NCBI RefSeq assembly: GCF_006345805.1 | Contig: NC_042998.1 | Location: 126,666,001 to 126,730,000, forward strand | Reading direction: 5' to 3' | Source of the DNA: Octopus sinensis | Lineage: Eukaryota | DNA: 64,000 bases | Shown: positions 49,200 to 64,000 of the stretch, piece after piece | Layout: each line of letters starts with the position of its first letter | Position numbering within the stretch: position 1 is the stretch's first letter | Made by a program: the position numbers and the translations under genes | Notes under the pieces: model-generated | The model's database searches: none | What the model was told of the DNA's origin: nothing | What the model saw: the letters and a program-made list of their open reading frames with translations, nothing else

Positions 49200-49922
49200 A
49201 TTTACATTTGACGGATATTTGTCCTCGTCTTGTTTGTTGTTAATACAACCTTTCGGCTGATATACTCTCCAACCTTCATCAGGTGTCTTGAAGAAATTCT
49301 TTGCACGATGTTTTAGGCACTGAGTGATCCCTCTCTTTACACTGTATGGATGGTGGGAACTGAAGTTGAAGTATCGTCCAGTGAAGGTCGGCTTACGGTA
49401 TATGGATGTCCTGAATCCACACTTGGTGAGAGTTATTAATACGTCCAGGTGCGTGTTGTTAATACGTCATGTATGGAAAAAGTGAGACCACCTCCCCCCT
49501 GTGGGATGAAGTTAAAATAATTGACAGAGAGTACCACTGGAAAATACGAAAACTAAAAGAAGCAGCACATATGCTAGGACACAACAACCTCCTAAGGAGA
49601 CCGAATGTAGATATGAGTAGCATATGGGAACCGGTATTAAGGAAGGATAGGAAAATATTAGATTTATTAGCTCTAAAATTCTCTTCATAATTCCCTACGA
49701 GCATATGGTGTAGTGGTTAAGAGTGCCGGCTACTAACCCCAAGAGTTCGATTCCAAGCAGTGATCTGAATAATATTAATAACATCGAGAAATGCCTTAGG
49801 AACGAGAACCCAGGTTCGAAATTTCCCTAAGACACTTGATGAAGGCTGGAGGGTATATCGGCCGAAGCATTGTGTTAACCACAAACAAGATGAGGACAAA
49901 TATCCGTCGAATGTAAATAATG
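49199..49922. mobile_element. Penelope-like element insertion with inverted terminal repeat, RT and GIY-YIG remnants
   Basis: Minus 49450-49300: LDVLITLTKCGFRTSIYRKPTFTGRYFNFSSHHPYSVKRGITQCLKHRA (PLE RT C-terminus). Plus 49469-49690: WDEVKIIDREYHWKIRKLKEAAH...SSIWEPVL (GIY-YIG C-terminus). Inverted repeats of about 95 bp at 49199-49293 and 49826-49920. Confidence 0.88.
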
Positions 49923-50824
49923 AACAAAAAGAATATCTGGATAAATCTTTGAAGGTGACCTTGTCATTTACGTTAGCTTTTAGCTCTATGCGTTACTATT
50001 CTAAGGTAAACATTTACTGAAGTTCGGCATTGATTTTTATTAATCACAAAATGATAGATAGATTTCAAGGGTATCCTCTACTTTTGACTTAATACCTTTA
50101 TTTACAACACCTGAAAGAATAAAATAACAACACCTTCTCAAAACAGAAAAGATATGTGTTGTGTCCAAATATTCGTCTTTTGATTTTGAATTTTATTTAA
50201 CAGAACACGTTCTTCAATTTTATCACACGATTATCCTTACTTTCTTTTTGAATTCCGTTTAAACTAAAATAGAATCCAGTTATTTTACTTTCACTCCTTG
50301 TTATATCTAACGAAGTTAGAGTTATTTAAAATTTATTCCTTTATCCATGTTTCTTGTTCGATCTTGTATGAAATCTTATAATTTAAAGACAACTTTTATA
50401 GATTTTACTTCTAAGATGGATCGACACAATAACTTGATGGAGAAATAAACATGGCGATCTCGTTCAGATTTAAGACAGTAATTTCAATCAGAATAAAAAT
50501 TCCTACATGCTGATTATAGTGAAATTTTTTCTTCTTTCTCATCGCTGTTTTCCAGATAGTGGTAACATCATTCTCATCAATAACATTATTGCTAGAAAAT
50601 TCGCTTTTTTTTATCTTTCGTTACTTACGCCATGAGTTGCATTCGTTTAATCATTTGGAGTTTTTAGCTACATTTCTTTACATACACACATCACTCACAC
50701 AAATATGTCTGCGAGAGTGTATATATGTATGTGTACGTATTCGTATATGGATGTATATGTAAAGAGAGTGCGATATGTAAATAGACAAAAATCAATAGAT
50801 AGATAGATAGATAGATAGAGATAG

Positions 50825-50867
<43 letters not shown>

Positions 50868-51831
50868 ATAAAGAGATTTCTTTAAATTTATTAGAACTTA
50901 GCTCTCCGAAGCCATAATTTGCAGAGCATTGCCGGAAGTAGGTCTTCTTTTATTTCTATTTCGTAGAAAAGCACTGACCGCAACTATTGAAAACATTTCC
51001 ATTAAAAATCCTTGACACGACGAAAGACACTCAAGCGTTCAGTTGGATAACTCTATATTCATCAAGTACGTCTAAGTACTTTGAAATGTATTGTATATAT
51101 CTTGGAGTTGCTTGAGATATTTGTTTAACAAATAAATTCTCCCAGAGATATTTTGTTTTAGTTAAAATTGCCGCAAGGCCATGAAAGGAAATTAACAAAA
51201 GTAGTGATATCACCAATAACAACTGCAACAATAAAAAAAAACCAAATAATTATAAACAGTGAGACTTGAACATTTGCAAAATAATAAAATAACTCAAAAG
51301 TGTTGTTAAAATCGTTGTTGTTGTTCTCGTCGACATAGCTGTTGTGGTTGCTTTTAATGCGATATAGATGACGTGTAGTGACAGTGCTGGCTATGGTTGG
51401 ATGCACGGTTGGCTAGTTTTAAGTTCTCTGACTATTTGACCCGATATCAAGAAAGCAGCCAAATGAATATTGAAGAGCGATCCCCAATTCAGTACGCCGA
51501 ATATGTTTCAGTTTCAAGACATCATTGATTTAAAAGTCATTTCTACCTGGCTGATATCACTACTTATTTAAACTTTAAAAATTAAATAAATACATAATAT
51601 AAAATATAGTTTCTGGTAACTTGATACTTTATAGATATCTACTTTGCTTCCTGCTTTTCTTTTGCTCTTCTGTGGTCTATATGGAAATTAAGATAACTTT
51701 TTTTGAACACAACGCTTCAAGTTTGAAAAAAAGCTCTTTAGTAGCAGGTTATGAAATTTGATTCGAACTTACATAATTATGAAAATCAAACACATCTCTC
51801 TTTGAACATAGATAGACTGACATATTATTTA

Positions 51832-51978
51832 ACGTTCTGAGTTCAAATTCCGCCGAGGTCAATTTTGCCCTTCATCCTTTCGGGGTCCATAAATTAGGTA
51901 CTATTAGCGTACTGGGGTCGATCTAACCGACTGGCCTCCTCCCCAAACTTTCGGGCCTTGTGCCTAGAGTAGAAAAGA
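51832..51978 (+). mobile_element. 5'-truncated SINE family C (tail type 1)
   Basis: Core plus tail GACTGGCCTCCTCCCC...CTTGTGCCTAGAGTAGAAA, the same tail as the leftmost unit of the 46.4-kb array. Confidence 0.9.
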
Positions 51979-52040
51979 TTGTACTCTACTAAAAAATTAT
52001 TGAGCGATCCTTCAGTTTATTACTCGAGTATTTTTATATA

Positions 52041-53332
52041 TCAGGCCATTAAGAATGGAATGTCCAATTTTCTTTTCCACTAAGTTTGACAGCCATTGAC
52101 TCTAATGTTTTATCCTGACAATTCTTTGTTTTACAACATTGAAGAGATACGTCATCGCTTTTCGAAATTCAATTCACAGTGTCTGACTATATTGTAAGTT
52201 TTCTCTTGTAAATCAGTTTTCGTGAACCCATTGAGAGATCAAAAATTCGTGTTGTTTATGAATATGAGTTCTGTCGTGGAACCAGTGCATCCTAGACAGC
52301 TCGTAACATCAATGAGGTGTTTTGGTAAAGATGTGGCGAATGAGTGCACTATACGTCGACCGTTTGAGAAGTTCCACTCTGGTGATTTTATTTATGAAAA
52401 TCAGCTCCGTGGTAGACCTGAGACCAATGTGGATAGTGATGAGCTATGACAGAGTACTTACAAGTTCCACTCTAGTGGAAGCAGATACATCTCAAACTAC
52501 GCGTGAATTAGCACGATTTGATGTTTCGATTCCGACTGTATTGGACCGTCTGAAACAAACTGGCACGGGAAAGAAGCTGGAAAATTGCTGAACACAAACT
52601 GAACGAGCACCAAATGATATGTCGTCTTGAAACTTGCTGTTCTTTGCTGTCGCAGCATAAAAACGAACCATTTTTGCATCGTATTGTTAGGTGTGATGAA
52701 AAATGGATTCTTTTCAACAATAGCTAGCGTTCTGCACGGTGGTTGGATAGAGATGAAGTACCAAAGCACAATCCCAAAAAGAATATTCACCAAAAAAAGG
52801 GAAAAAAAAGGCTAATGATGTCTGTTTGGTGGTCTAGCTCTTGTGTCATCCACTACAACTTCATGAGACTTGGTAAGTAATTACAGCGGATGTATACATC
52901 AACCATTTGGATGAAATAATGAGTAAACTTGCAATTAAGCATGTAGATTGGTCAATAGAGACAAGATGATTCTCTTGCAAGACAATGCCCGACGGCATGT
53001 TGCACAAAGAACACTACTCAGGTTACAGGAGCTGGACTTGTAAGTACTCTGTTATCCAACATGTTCACCAAACCTTGCACCAACTGACTATCACATTATC
53101 CAGGCATTAGACAACTTTTTGCAAAGGAAAAAAATTTCAAATCTGAAGAAGATGCAAAAACAGCCTTTCGTGATTTCACCACCTCTTGCTCTCCAGAATT
53201 CTTCGCTGCTGGCATAAATCAGCTACCGATAAAATGACAAAATTGAGTTGATAATTTAGTTGCATATTTTGTTCAGATAAAGTAAAATAAACTTTTAGTT
53301 CAAAATCGGACATTGTATTCTTAATGGCCTGA
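52041..53332 (+). mobile_element. Full-length decayed mariner transposon (1292 bp)
   Basis: TA flanks. TIR TCAGGCCATTAAGAATGGAATGTCCAATTTT versus its counterpart at the right end, 27/31 match. Motifs RCDEKWILF, LLQDNARRH and SPNLAPTDYH, with many stops and frameshifts. Confidence 0.93.
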
Positions 53333-53348
53333 TATAACTTCACCCTCC

Positions 53349-53391
<43 letters not shown>

Positions 53392-53904
53392 TATCTATCT
53401 ATCTGTCTGTCTTGTCTGTCTTTTATATATTGCGCATTATAAGATTTTGTGACAAAGTAAGAAATCACGAGTATTGGGTAGTATTAATAGTTAGGCAATG
53501 TCAAAAGGAATATTAAGTTACAATTAGTTGCAGCAATACAATTTAGAAAAGTATTCTACTTGCCTTTTTATAAGTCTGAAATTGTTTTTGGGCGGCAAAC
53601 TGGAAAGAAAAGTAGAGCATAGATTGGAATGTAATGTATTTAATTGCAGTCTCTAATATTTTGAGTTGAAATCATCTAGAGTTACATAAGAAACCCGCCC
53701 TTTGCACTGAGGCTCTATTTATTTATCTTTTAGTTAGAAGGGAATGTAGCGCCCTTGACCTGATACAGGACCTCGGAGAGTGGCTGGAGAGGGAGAGGAA
53801 AGTATCCTCAAACAAGAAACCTGGATGGAATGCTTGCAGAAGAGTGTACTCCGCTAAAGCACTCAAGATGCCAGCTGCTGGTGTTAAATCGGATAATAGA
53901 TTAA

Positions 53905-54125
53905 GTCTATTACTCAAATAAGCCAGGGAAGAATTTGAACTCAGCACACACCGATAAGATAACGCAGGCATCAGATCCGATGTTGTTGTATTTCTGTCTG
54001 TACGCTACATTGGATCGATCTCGAAAGGACGAAAGGCAAATTTGGCCTTGGCAGCATTTTGAATGCAGAGTCGGAACAAGTACAGCAAAGCATTCTGTCG
54101 GACGCTCTAATGTCTTTGTAACTTC
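53905..54125 (-). mobile_element. Degenerate SINE family C-like copy
   Basis: GATCGATCTCGAAAGGACGAAAGGCAAATTTGGCCTTGGCAGCATTTTGAA antisense core. Confidence 0.6.
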
Positions 54126-54919
54126 GTATCTTTTAAATTTCATCTACAATATTCACAATCACAAAATCTAGCTTTGTGTAGATAAATTGAAAATACGAAA
54201 CTAAACATTTATACCAAACTATTTGTTTCTTTCATGGAATATAAGCATGCTAATGATTTGCTGTTTAACCCCAGGTTAGACTTGATTGTACAGTTCCGTG
54301 ATCAATGACGTTTCAGTCACGACCATCCTATCACATTTTCAGATATCTTGCACTATATAATGCAAAGTGTCTCTATTTTCCAAGAGGCTAGGATGTGATT
54401 TAAGGGAAATTTAGTTGCTTCTCTAATTGATCAACCAACTGCGTAATGGTTCCACTATTGGTTTATAGAATACAAATGCTAAAGATATTCGCGTTTTGTG
54501 AGCCTTCTGAAGAATTACTGGATTTTGGTATCTTTGAGAAATTCCTTCAAAATTGTTTGGTGTAGTCACAGATTTCTCATGGCATCATTGGATTCTCATT
54601 AGTATTTTCCCTATTTTTACGGTTGGGTTACATGGAAAACTCATATCTCTATGAAATTTCCTATAAGATCTACGCTAGTTATCCATTAATGCAAGGTCAC
54701 AAATGTCGAATCAGATATCAATGCTTACTGGTTTTAGACAAAGAATGAGTTTGTTTATGATTTAGCATATTAAACCATCAAAAAAGTGACACTATATGGG
54801 AGTGTTAAATGATTCTCACTCTAACAATGATGATGATGATCATTATGCCACTGGTGGTAATGATAATGATAGTGATGATGATGATGATGATGAGGATGAT
54901 GACGATGATGTTGTTGAGC

Positions 54920-55098
54920 ACAATTTCTTACATCGAACCGAACTGGTACTTAATTTATCGGCCATGAAAGGATGAATGTTAAAGTCGACTTCAGCGGAAT
55001 TTGAACTCAGAACGTAAAGATGGGCGAAATACCTCTAAGCATTTCGTCCAGCGCACTAACGATTCTGCCAGCTAGCCGCCTTGATAATAATAATAATG

Positions 55099-55143
<45 letters not shown>

Positions 55144-55305
55144 TAATAATAATTATTATTATTATTATTATTATTATTCTTTCTACGCTAGGCCCAAGGC
55201 CTGAAATTTTTTGAGAAGAGGATAAGACCGATAACATTCACCCCAGTGCTAAACTGGTATTTATTTGATCAACTCGAAATGATGAAAGGAAAAGTCAACT
55301 TCTTT
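54920..55305 (-). mobile_element. Two tandem SINE family C pieces separated by (AAT)n(ATT)n
   Basis: 54920-55081 is core plus head. 55178-55305 is tail plus partial core. Confidence 0.8.
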
Positions 55306-56308
55306 TGAGCTATTCTGCCTTAACGAAGGTAGAAACTATAGAAAAAGCAAAGTCAAGAGCAGTAAGAAGATATCCAATCAGTTCAATAGTCAAAGAAGTA
55401 AAAAGCAAAGAAGGAGAGAAGGAAGTGAGGAGGAAAGAGACAGTCTTGTCGTCTGAGCAGAGTAAAGATTGAAATGTTTTACAGAAACAGCAGAGAGAAA
55501 CAGTAGGTAAGAGAGTATGACAAAAAGGGAGGGAGAGAGAGAGAGAGAGAGAGGGAGTGAGAGATTGTAAAGGGGGAGAGATTGTAAGAGAGGGAGAGAG
55601 AGAAAGAGACTGTAAGAGAGAAAGCGACTATGAGAAAGAAAGAAATAGAGGGAACAGAGAGAGATAGAGAGGTGACAGATATATACAACGCAGGGATAAA
55701 AAGTGTTATATTGTGTTCGCGCATTTTTAACATTATAGTGGCGAACCCCCCCCCCCCAAAAAAAAATCCCACAGTTTTTTTTCCAGGAGGATAGAGAACT
55801 CCGGTTGAGAACTGTTGTTTTTAGGCCATACGTTTTGCATGACAAGACCCCTATGTCTTTTGTGAATGGTCGGAAAACTTTGAGCACGCCATACAGCGAT
55901 CTACTTTGAAAACATTCTACTGTGCTGAGTTGAATGGAAGATTTATCTTTTTTTATGAAGTCTAGATCTTAATAAAAAAGTTTAGTATCGGTATAGACTA
56001 GATTTCGATATGCGTGTATTGCCATGTATTTTTAATATTCTTTGTATGCGCCTTGGTGTCATAGGGAGTCCTGAATAATGACGTCATAAGTGTAAAACTA
56101 CCAGCGGTTTGATTCAGAGTGCCTTACACTTAACAATCCTCGGATACGACCCGACTTCTTTTCATCCCTTTTCATTTTTTGTCAATTTTTATTGACAGAT
56201 TTTCTTTCAGTTTCTTTGCATTATCGAGAATTTTGGGCAATAGTATATACCATCGCCTTAAGCTTTATTAGATGTTGCATTGAAATTACTATTTTCATTG
56301 ATTTAGAC

Positions 56309-56645
56309 CAGAGGTTCTCAAACATTTTGGAGCCCCCTAATGGCCACATAATACCCTCAGCGCCCCAGCCCTATTTTTATGTATAAATGAATATTTTATA
56401 TTTTACTAATTTATATACACGAATTATATATACTAATTTATATGAATCATTTGATATTTAATATGTATAATTTGTATGCAATACTATAACATTATAACAA
56501 ATTTATAGCATCCCCCAATCCACTGCCTTCTTCCCAACGCCTCCTTTTTCTCTGTCCCAACCCCACCGCACCCACCTGGACCGTCTCAACGCCCACCACG
56601 GGGGGTGGGGTGGGGGTGCAATAGCGTCCACTTTGAGAACCTATG
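56309..56645. mobile_element. hAT (Charlie/Buster-type) MITE
   Basis: TIRs CAGAGGTTCTCAAA / TTTGAGAACCTATG. 8-bp TSD ATTTAGAC (56301-56308) / ATTTAGAT (56646-56653). Confidence 0.88.
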
Positions 56646-56759
56646 ATTTAGATCATGAACATCGTGCAATTTTCAGTGATTGTATTTTAAATTTTATAAT
56701 CTTGATAGTAATTTAGAAAATCTAGATTTGGAATCCTAGATCTATTTTGGACCTCCGTT

Positions 56760-57760
56760 CTATGCCTAGATCAAGGCATATGTAGCGGAGCTACAGAACC
56801 GAACATTTTGTTGCAAAACATTCTGAAGAGCAAGTTCAACCCATTGAATATTTCAAAGAACTATACAAAATACTCTAAATTCATTCTGCATTAGTTACAT
56901 TATTCGATAAGCAAAATTCAAGGAACGAAAATAGATTAACTGCAGAGTATCGTAAATCACAATTAACTGCAAAAAGTGGTAAAAGCCATAACATTGAAGA
57001 CACTTTGATAATGCTTTCTATTAAAGAATTTACCGCAATAGTCATGCAACAGGATTCAACTGAAGTTATAAAAACATTATCCCTTAGCGACAACAACATT
57101 AAAGCGACACATTGCCAAAATGGCGGTTAACGTTGAAAATAAATTTATAGCCATTCTCCCAAATCGTCAGTTTCTATGCAGTTGGAAGAGTCCTCCCTTG
57201 TAGGTAATGATGCTTTATTAATAGCATATGTAAGATACTTTGATGAGAATACCATGCTGTAAGAAATGCCGATGATTTTAAATCATATTACAAATACAAA
57301 AGGGTTTTCAATATTTACTGTTCTGAAATATTAATTTGCAATAAAATATACTATTGTACAATATTGTTGCATTCACTACTGATGGAATTTCACCATTGAT
57401 AGGCAGCTATTGTGGTTCTCTTGCATATTTGGAGTAAAAGAATGTTATAAATCAAATCGAATGGTAAAAATACTGTGTTTTGATAGCTGTGCCAAGATAA
57501 TAAGCAATCTACTAGTACTACGCCTCCCAAAAGTTCGTCGGCTCTCAGTAGGAGCATGTTTGACTCGTTTTGTCGAATTATATGATACTGTAATAGAGTT
57601 TTTAATATTAGAAACAAAGTTGGGCTTTATAAACGATTAAAAACAAGAGGCGTTTTATTTTTAAGAATGTAACGAAATTAATTTGCCGCTCCAAGGAGCT
57701 GAACAACACTTATAAGCTGCAAAATCGTTGTTTCATTATTTATCAGATATAATATAATAA
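56760..57760 (+). mobile_element. Decayed hAT transposase (Charlie/Buster/ZBED5-like)
   Basis: AKSGKSHNIEDTLI...LSLSDNNI...SMQLEESSLVGNDALLIAYVRY...NTKGFSIF...FTTDG match AKSGKPHTIGE, IPLSNNTV, SIQLDES, LLAYVRF, TKGESIF and ATDG. Confidence 0.85.
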
Positions 57761-58599
57761 AATATTTTTGGAAAGTGAATTTAATTAGTTTGTGGAATTG
57801 TCATCGATTCAGATTGATGTAACTCAAAAGGTTTAAAGGTTCGGTAGCTATTTAAACCAATTTAAATAAGATATGAAAGAACGATGTTACGGGCATAGAA
57901 CTTTTCGAACATAAAGTAGACCTGATTTCAACAGTGGTCGATACAAAAATGAAAAAAAAAAAAATAGTGCCTGCTTTATGACCAATTATATCCCACATTT
58001 CTCTTCTCATATCACATGGAACCAAGACTTAGTGTTATAATTCATATAGTCAGGTATAAACTTGTTTGCTAATCACGTGTCTGACATTTCACCTGTTCCC
58101 TTTGAAAATAGAACCAGATACACAACAGTTGTATAAGGCTCAACAATTTCCTTAAATTAAAGGTCATTTAAGTTATTTTCTTCATTTATGCAGGTATGCG
58201 ATATAATTTCAAGTAATTGTATTGCTTTATTCAGAGAATTTTACTTCTTTTCAAATAAAATAGAAATGCAAATTTAAGGCACCTCTTTTTCTTTACAAGT
58301 ACTCTGTTCATATAGTGGAAGAAATGACACGCACATACACATACACTTACACGCGCACGAGATGGGCAATATAATTGAAAACAAAACGAAATGTAATGCT
58401 CCCTCATTAAACATTAAAATATACTGGAAACAACATTAACTCTACCGAAGAAGTTCAAAAATAAAACATCGAAAGCAGCAAACAAAATACTTTTAGTTGT
58501 AGTTAGAGGGCGAATCATAACTATAAACTCATATTCCGTGGAGTTATGAACTCAATAACAGCACATTTAATCGTTATAAAATGACAAAAGAAGATCCCT

Positions 58600-58809
58600 C
58601 AACACATTGTATAAAAAGAATAAAATCATCCTGGGATGAACATCATTCTGTACTCTAGGTGTAACGACTGCGAATTGACGTGACCTACCGGCGCGTAAAT
58701 ATTCACGTATTTGCAAGGGTGGCGTCACCTTTAATTCAAAGGATTTTGGCAACGCGGTATTAAGTTTGGCGAGAAAATATAAGGTCGAATACTTTTTGAG
58801 CGCACCTTG
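58600..58809 (-). mobile_element. Possible Tc1/mariner terminal fragment
   Basis: The minus strand starts TA-CAAGGTGCGCTCAAAAAGTATTCG. I did not identify a partner TIR. Confidence 0.35.
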
Positions 58810-59870
58810 TATATATATGCGCATATATACATGCATAAATATGTGCACGGATATACATGTATGTACACGAATATATTTTTATATATATGTACAAATACAT
58901 GACTACTCTATCTCATGTCTAAATTCCAAGAGAAGGCCTTGTTTCTAGGCTACAAACCGGCTCTTTCTCCATTGTTTAGAAATTTGAAAAAATAAAACTA
59001 AACATACATACGTGCATACTTTATACTCACACAAACATATTTAATATATGTCGAAGTGAGAGTATAACTGCATCTCCTTTAAAAATATTCTGATTCTTTA
59101 AATTTTGTAGTTTTATTTATTAGTGAAGAAATAATGCTCCGTGCTCATTATTCAAATTTCTTTTTTTAAATTCCGGTTTACGCTCATATGTATTTCATGA
59201 TTTTAATGAATAATGGCTGGTTGTCCTGCCTAGTGTGTTATATTCCATTCCACTTGTTCAATAGAAGTTAAAAAGCACGCAGCGGATAATTGTTGTTTGT
59301 AAAGCTTTAGCTGTCATGTTTTACCTGCGGTTTGCTTATTGATTAAAGGAGATGTTGTGTGAACGTTTTCCATAGCGTACACATACATATATCCCAGGGC
59401 AGTCTTTTCGACATATGTGCGTACATCGGAAAGACAGCTCTGAGATAAATAATTTTAATATCGAGTAGGCACATTCTTTTCAACACAAGGATTATTGTTG
59501 GAACATTCCCATCAGAATGAAACAAGCATATTTCCTTTTAGACATGAAGAACATTGCGCAAATTTTACACCTGGAACGAATGATCTACTCGCAGAGACAG
59601 TATTCAAAAATGTTTAAATTCCAAGTCACAATATACATTACATACGTTATTGAATATTGCCTTTCGTATAAAACTTTAAAAAAATTAATCTCCTTTCCCC
59701 CTCTCTCCCTCTCCCTATCACCCTCCCCCTCTCCCTCCACTTCTCTCACTCCTTGCCTCTCTTCCTTCCCACTCTCTCTCCCTCTACCTACTCTTTCCCT
59801 TCCCATCTCTTTTTCACTCTCACTCTCTCTCTCTCTCTCTCTGTATATATATAATATATGCATATATATA

Positions 59871-59902
<32 letters not shown>

Positions 59903-59997
59903 ATATACATATACAAATGCATTCATATATATGTATGTGTGTGTGTGTATGTGTGGATGGTTGTGTGCATGCAGGCACGCATGTGTGTGTATATTTG

Positions 59998-60215
59998 ACG
60001 GCGAGTTGCTTAGCGGTTAGGCAATCGCAAGACCGTGGTTTCGATTCCAAGGCAGGCGGGGTGTTGTGTTCTTGACCAGTTCACTCAGCTGTAAAAGGAT
60101 AATCCTGCGAAATCCTGCGAAAAGATAATCCAGTTCTGGAGGAATGTAAGCTTGTCCGCATAGCCAGCAGGCTGGCCTCCTTTGAAAGCTACAACAAGCA
60201 CATTTTGCAAAGCAC
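59998..60215 (+). mobile_element. Degenerate tRNA-derived SINE (family A-like)
   Basis: GCTTAGCGGTTAGG A-box, GGTTTCGATTCC B-box, GTGTTGTGTTCTTGA. Confidence 0.6.
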
Positions 60216-60231
60216 ATTTTGACAAGCGGTA

Positions 60232-62945
<2,714 letters not shown>

Positions 62946-63789
62946 TTTTGGAAGTAAAATGTTATGGCCGGTCATAGAGTGACCATTGGTTTCGCACCTA
63001 TAAAGCGCTTAGCCGTATAGGCAGCACGTTGGATTCAATTGGGCAAAAACACATAAGCTCTATAACTGAAGGAAGAAATATGTCACTGTCAGTTTGTTTT
63101 GTAAACAAGAAATATTTGTCTGTGCAGTGGTGCTGCAGGCTGGATAGGGTTATCTCCATTACATCGGCTCCATTCTTGGTAATATTAGAAGGAGCTGCGT
63201 CCACCCTATTCAAGGTATGGAGAATTTCAAGCTTGTAGTAAGAAACGTTTTAGATTCGGGCATTGATTAAATACTTATTTCCTGGAGTTTAAAAAGGGTT
63301 TCCGGAGTGAGCGAGTTTTTGTTTAGGATTTTTGCTCTCTCTCCCAAACAAAGCTTACTTCATTTGCTCCCATCTGTATAAGTTCCTCATTGTTCAAGGT
63401 GTTCCTTCCTCTTTTAAGTGTCATACGTTGCTAGCCAGGGAGGTCTTTTTGATAAAAACTCAATATGACTGAACTTTCAGTCATATACATTTGTTATAAT
63501 CTTCATCGAATATTTACACTTATATTACTCTCTACCTCTGTGAAATTCATTCAAAATTCTATGAATATTTGAACATTTCATCGCTGAAACATGCTTCTCC
63601 GAATTTTGCCTTGTAAATTTGAAATCTCCTAATCCTATTATTCATTTATTTTTTACCATTGATAACCAAAAGTCGTGGAAACCGGTTTGGTATTTGAATA
63701 AATCTATTACAAAATTTAAAAACGACTACATGTTTTGAGATTCAGGTGTGTGTGCATGTGTGTGTGTGTGCGCGCGCGTCTGATATTGT

Positions 63790-63790
63790 G

Positions 63791-63867
<77 letters not shown>

Positions 63868-63872
63868 CCCTC

Positions 63873-63947
<75 letters not shown>

Positions 63948-63948
63948 G
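63790..63948. repeat. (TATC)n microsatellite
   Basis: Direct inspection. Confidence 0.95.
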
Positions 63949-64000
63949 CTTAGTATTTATACATGCACATATGCATATTTTAAGGAACGCACTGCAGAGT

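Noticed and set aside
52041-53332. Domesticated SETMAR-like or active transposase (also hAT 56760-57760)
   Set aside because: Multiple stops and frameshifts, and no SET domain or splice context.

Overview
This is AT-rich, microsatellite-saturated animal DNA. It is most likely from an octopod/coleoid cephalopod, which I infer from the SINE types, repeat density and HSPA12 sequence and could not verify. Only one host coding exon is well supported: a + strand HSPA12-type (atypical Hsp70) exon at 42339-43225, with AG acceptor and GTAAGT donor. A small candidate start exon lies at 42128-42167. I recognised no further HSPA12 exon in the next 20.7 kb. The rest is a dense transposon graveyard. Retroelements: a 3.4-kb decayed CR1/L2-group LINE with a CCCH-finger ORF1; RTE, R4/Dong and L1/Tx1-like fragments; Penelope-like (PLE) remnants; and about 40 copies of four tRNA-derived SINE families, labelled A, B, C and E here. 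DNA transposons: two mariner relics, a MULE derivative, a hAT relic plus MITE, piggyBac-type and Tc1-type MITEs, and a Helentron-like element. Most notable are (i) a PLE terminal cassette joining a tRNA-like Pol III head, an (AAT)n tract and a minimal hammerhead ribozyme, found at two loci, (ii) a 184-bp-period chimeric SINE array inside one target-site duplication, and (iii) an (AAT)n-anchored retroelement pile-up at 22-28.6 kb. Nearly all ORFs in the supplied track are microsatellite or repeat artefacts. Family assignments come from motif recognition, not database searches.
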